A DNA stretch of 32,000 bases, from positions 1,890,001 through 1,922,000 of the forward strand of contig NZ_CP010341.1 of assembly GCF_000940845.1 (NCBI RefSeq), in the 5' to 3' direction. The stretch comes from Propionibacterium freudenreichii subsp. freudenreichii. Its GTDB lineage: Bacteria > Actinomycetota > Actinomycetes > Propionibacteriales > Propionibacteriaceae. Positions 29,532-32,000 of the stretch are shown in pieces (the first letter of the stretch is position 1; the number at the start of each line of letters is the position of its first letter). The position numbers and the translations under genes were made by a program. The notes under the pieces were generated by a model. It was given only the letters and a program-made list of their open reading frames with translations, was not told where the DNA came from and made no database searches.

Positions 29532-29727
29532 GACCGGCCTCTCGTCACACGTGTTTCTCCGTCGAGGAGGCAGAACGTGTGTGAGTGCCCGAAGGCCGTC
29601 CCGGAGGACCCGCAATATGAGGAGAACCTGCCTCATCCTCCACTTTACGCCGGGGTCGGCGTTCACGGAACCCTCCGGTTTCCGCGTCGCCGCGCGTACC
29701 TCTCTGTGCGAGCGAGAGGAGCCGACG

Positions 29728-31893
29728 ATGGCGAACCTGAGCCAGGTAGCACAGGGCGAGCGCACGGCACGAATGGCGCTGTCGATGATCGTCGAACCAG
29801 ACGACGCCGTGACAGGCCGTCTCCTGGGCGAGGTGGGAGCGGTTGAGGTGCTCCGGCTCGCCGAGCGTGACGATGGCGTGCCGGGCCTCGGCACCGTTGA
29901 CGCACGGGTCTGGCGCGCCCAGTTCGAGCGTCCGGACGCTCAGACACACTCCCAGCGCATCGTCGAAGCCCAGCGCATGGGTATCGGAGTGTTGATCCCT
30001 GGCGACCAAGATTGGCCGTCCGCGCTCGACGATCTTGGTGATCGGCGACCATACGTCCTGTGGACTCGTGGCGCTTCCTCGTTCCTGGCGCGACCGCTCC
30101 GCGAGTTTGTCACGATCACCGGCGCCAGGGCCGCGACGTCCTACGGCGAGCACGTGGCCGGAGAACTGGCTTCCGACCTCGCCAACGCTGAGCGGGTCGT
30201 GGTTGCGGGCGGTGCGTACGGCATCGAAGGAGCTGCCCATCGAGCGGCCCTGGCATCCGGTGGCGACACGATCGCGGTCATGGCGAACGGCGTTGATCGC
30301 CCCTACCCGATGGGTCACCGCGAGCTACTTGAGCGAGTGGCGGACCTCGGCCTCATGGTCAGCGAGGTTCCACCCGGTGCCGTGCCTACGCGCCACCGCT
30401 TCCTCGCTCGGGCGCGGCTGATGGCCGCGCTCTCCGCAGCAACCGTCGTAGTTGAGGCTGGCGTCCGCTCTGGATCGATGGCCGTCGCACGGCGCGCGCA
30501 CGAGCTCGGCCGCGCCGTAGGTGCTGTTCCCGGTCCGGTGAGCAGCGCAACGAGTGTTGGTCCGCATCAGCTCCTGCGAGACCGCATCGCTTCCTTGGTG
30601 GCGGCCCCGTTCGACTGGCTCGCCCAGGCGATGGGTGCCGCCGCCGGGTGGCTGTTCGACGCGGTCTGGTCGGTGTTCGACACCACCACGCTGGTGGATG
30701 TCACCAAGCCCGGCTACGTCGCCGTCTACAACCTGCTGTTCGGCATCGCGGTCTTCGTGATGCTGATCTTCTTCTGCCTCCAACTCATCACCGGCCTGAT
30801 CCGCCGAGACCCCACCGCGCTCACCCGTGCCGCGCTCGGGCTGGCGAAGTCTGTCCTCGGTTCGTTCGTGGTCATCACGCTCACGGCGCTGTTGTTGGAA
30901 GTCGTCGATCAGCTGTGCATCGGGGTCGTGCAGGCTGCCGGGGAGACTACCGAATCGATGGGCGACAAGATCGCCCTCCTCGCAGCGGGACTGGTCGGCA
31001 TCAACATCGCTGCGCCCGGGGTCGGGGGGATCATCACCATCTTCATGGCCGGCCTCGCCATCACCGCTGCCGCGATCGTGTGGCTCTCGCTGCTGGTGAG
31101 GAAGGCGCTGCTGCTGGTCGCGGTGGTGTTCGCTCCGCTCGCGTTCAGCGGTGCATCCTGGGACGCCTCGCGTGGGTGGATCGGGAAGTGGGCGATGTTC
31201 GTCGTCGCCCTGATCTGCTCCAAGCTCGTCCTGGTCGTCATGTTCCTCGTGGCGATCACCCAAGTTTCCGCACCCATCGACGCGGACTTGGCGTCGGTCA
31301 GTGATCCCATCGCGGGGATCGTGCTGATGGCGATGGCCGCGTTCGCCCCGTATCTGACCTACAAGTTCATCGCGTTCGTCGGGTTCGACATGTACCACGC
31401 GATCGGCTCCGAACAGGACGCCAAGAGCGCCCTCAACCGCCCGATCCCGGTTCCGCCCAAGCCGCAAGGCGGCGCAGACCCGAAGAAGGTTCTCGACGGC
31501 AGCAGTGGCGGAGGGAACGCAGGTGGAAGCTCTGGCGGAGGGGGTGGGAGCAGCGCGCCACCGCCGCCGAAGACCCCGGCGCCGACACCCGCGGCGAGCG
31601 GCGGAGGCGCGGCAGGCGGAGGCGGAGCAGCCGCTGCCGGTCCCGTGGCCGCAGGCATGGTGGTTGGGGCGAGTGTCGCCAAGGGCGCCGCCACCGCCGG
31701 CCCCAAGGCCGGGACGGCGCTGGGAGCCCAGGGCGAGCACGCCGCCGACGCAGCAGCCCAGACACCACCACCGCCCGCAGCATCAACGGCGGAACCGCCG
31801 CCGAGCCCCGCGCCGCGCCCGCCAGGCGCTGACCCGTCACCGCCACCGCCGAAGCAGCCCCCGCCGCCTGCCCCACGCCCACCGAAGGAGTAG
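29728..31893 (+). CDS. In-frame fusion: DprA/Smf-like Rossmann domain (aa 1 to about 290) plus TrbL/VirB6-like polytopic T4SS membrane protein with Pro/Gly/Ala-rich tail
   Basis: ATG 29728 is preceded by GAGAGGAG. The DprA blocks are 'GGAYGIEGAAHRAALASGGDTIAVMANGVDRPYP', 'VSEVPPG..P.RHRFLARARLMAALSAATVVVEAGVRSGSM' and 'GAVPGPVSS..S.GPHQLLRD'. From 'APFDWLAQAMG..' onward the sequence has 6 or more TM helices and 'ALLLVAVVFAPLAFSGASWDASRGWIGKWAMFVVALICSKLVLV', as in actinobacterial TrbL-like proteins. The switch is at about nt 30598. Confidence 0.7.
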   Translation: MANLSQVAQGERTARMALSMIVEPDDAVTGRLLGEVGAVEVLRLAERDDGVPGLGTVDARVWRAQFERPDAQTHSQRIVEAQRMGIGVLIPGDQDWPSALDDLGDRRPYVLWTRGASSFLARPLREFVTITGARAATSYGEHVAGELASDLANAERVVVAGGAYGIEGAAHRAALASGGDTIAVMANGVDRPYPMGHRELLERVADLGLMVSEVPPGAVPTRHRFLARARLMAALSAATVVVEAGVRSGSMAVARRAHELGRAVGAVPGPVSSATSVGPHQLLRDRIASLVAAPFDWLAQAMGAAAGWLFDAVWSVFDTTTLVDVTKPGYVAVYNLLFGIAVFVMLIFFCLQLITGLIRRDPTALTRAALGLAKSVLGSFVVITLTALLLEVVDQLCIGVVQAAGETTESMGDKIALLAAGLVGINIAAPGVGGIITIFMAGLAITAAAIVWLSLLVRKALLLVAVVFAPLAFSGASWDASRGWIGKWAMFVVALICSKLVLVVMFLVAITQVSAPIDADLASVSDPIAGIVLMAMAAFAPYLTYKFIAFVGFDMYHAIGSEQDAKSALNRPIPVPPKPQGGADPKKVLDGSSGGGNAGGSSGGGGGSSAPPPPKTPAPTPAASGGGAAGGGGAAAAGPVAAGMVVGASVAKGAATAGPKAGTALGAQGEHAADAAAQTPPPPAASTAEPPPSPAPRPPGADPSPPPPKQPPPPAPRPPKE

Positions 31894-31896
31894 ACG

Positions 31897-32000
31897 ATGA
31901 GCAGCACGAACAACGACCGGCAGACTGCGGGCGAGCTGGTGCCGGTGAAGTTCTCCCGCCTCACCCGACGCGGTGTCCTTCTCGGGCTGTCGCTGACCCA
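31897..32000 (+). CDS. Next conjugation-cluster ORF, N-terminus only (3' end off-window)
   Basis: The ATG lies 3 nt after the previous stop. 'VKFSRLTRRGVLLGLSLT' resembles the N-terminus of the small membrane protein that follows TrbL in actinobacterial T4SS clusters. This is from memory and is not verified. Confidence 0.45.
   Translation, partial: MSSTNNDRQTAGELVPVKFSRLTRRGVLLGLSLT

Noticed and set aside
29497-29727. Upstream extension of the DprA::TrbL ORF to GTG 29497
   Set aside because: The extension overlaps the start of the convergently oriented 3-TM gene region and is Arg-rich with no homology. ATG 29728 has a GAGAGGAG SD and begins the DprA-like sequence.
30325-31964. 471-aa, 201-aa and other minus-strand ORFs over the TrbL-like region and its Pro-rich tail
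   Set aside because: They are antisense to a well-supported membrane-protein frame. The tail is GC-rich low complexity (CCG/GCC/GGC repeats) that is open in several frames.

Overview
High-GC actinobacterial chromosomal window. Typical 60-nt lines hold about 41 G+C, while the AT-richer patch has lines with 23-29. The core content is ordinary: a partial TetR-like gene, two MFS transporters (MHS-type and DHA2/EmrB-type, the latter with an ArsR regulator), a divergent MarR/VOC pair with two perfect ATGTCA-N6-TGACAT operators, the dnaK-grpE-dnaJ-hspR operon, a lipoprotein HtrA protease, an HdeD-like membrane protein, two NarL-type two-component systems, a tandem USP, clpB and a zinc-finger thioredoxin. 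The accessory or rearranged content is where the interest lies. (1) An AT-richer patch at about 5.3-7.6 kb replaces the 5' half of an M23 peptidase gene. It carries a lone 330-aa TIR/SEFIR-type protein with an unassignable C-terminal domain, followed by about 1.1 kb with no convincing ORF. This is my best candidate for an undescribed defence module. (2) An intact IS481-family element with TCTAGG target duplication sits 18 bp upstream of a histidine-kinase start. (3) An ISL3-family element without target duplication has a right IR that supplies the ATG of the adjacent gene. (4) The left end of an actinobacterial conjugative element runs from about 27.3 kb to beyond the window: HTH gene, small membrane protein, an in-frame DprA::TrbL/VirB6 fusion ORF, and the next T4SS-cluster gene. 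(5) A diverged, truncated second copy of that element's left end lies at 11.6-12.1 kb, fused to an AraC-family gene fragment. No CRISPR array, rRNA or convincing tRNA was seen. All family calls come from motif recognition by eye, not from searches.
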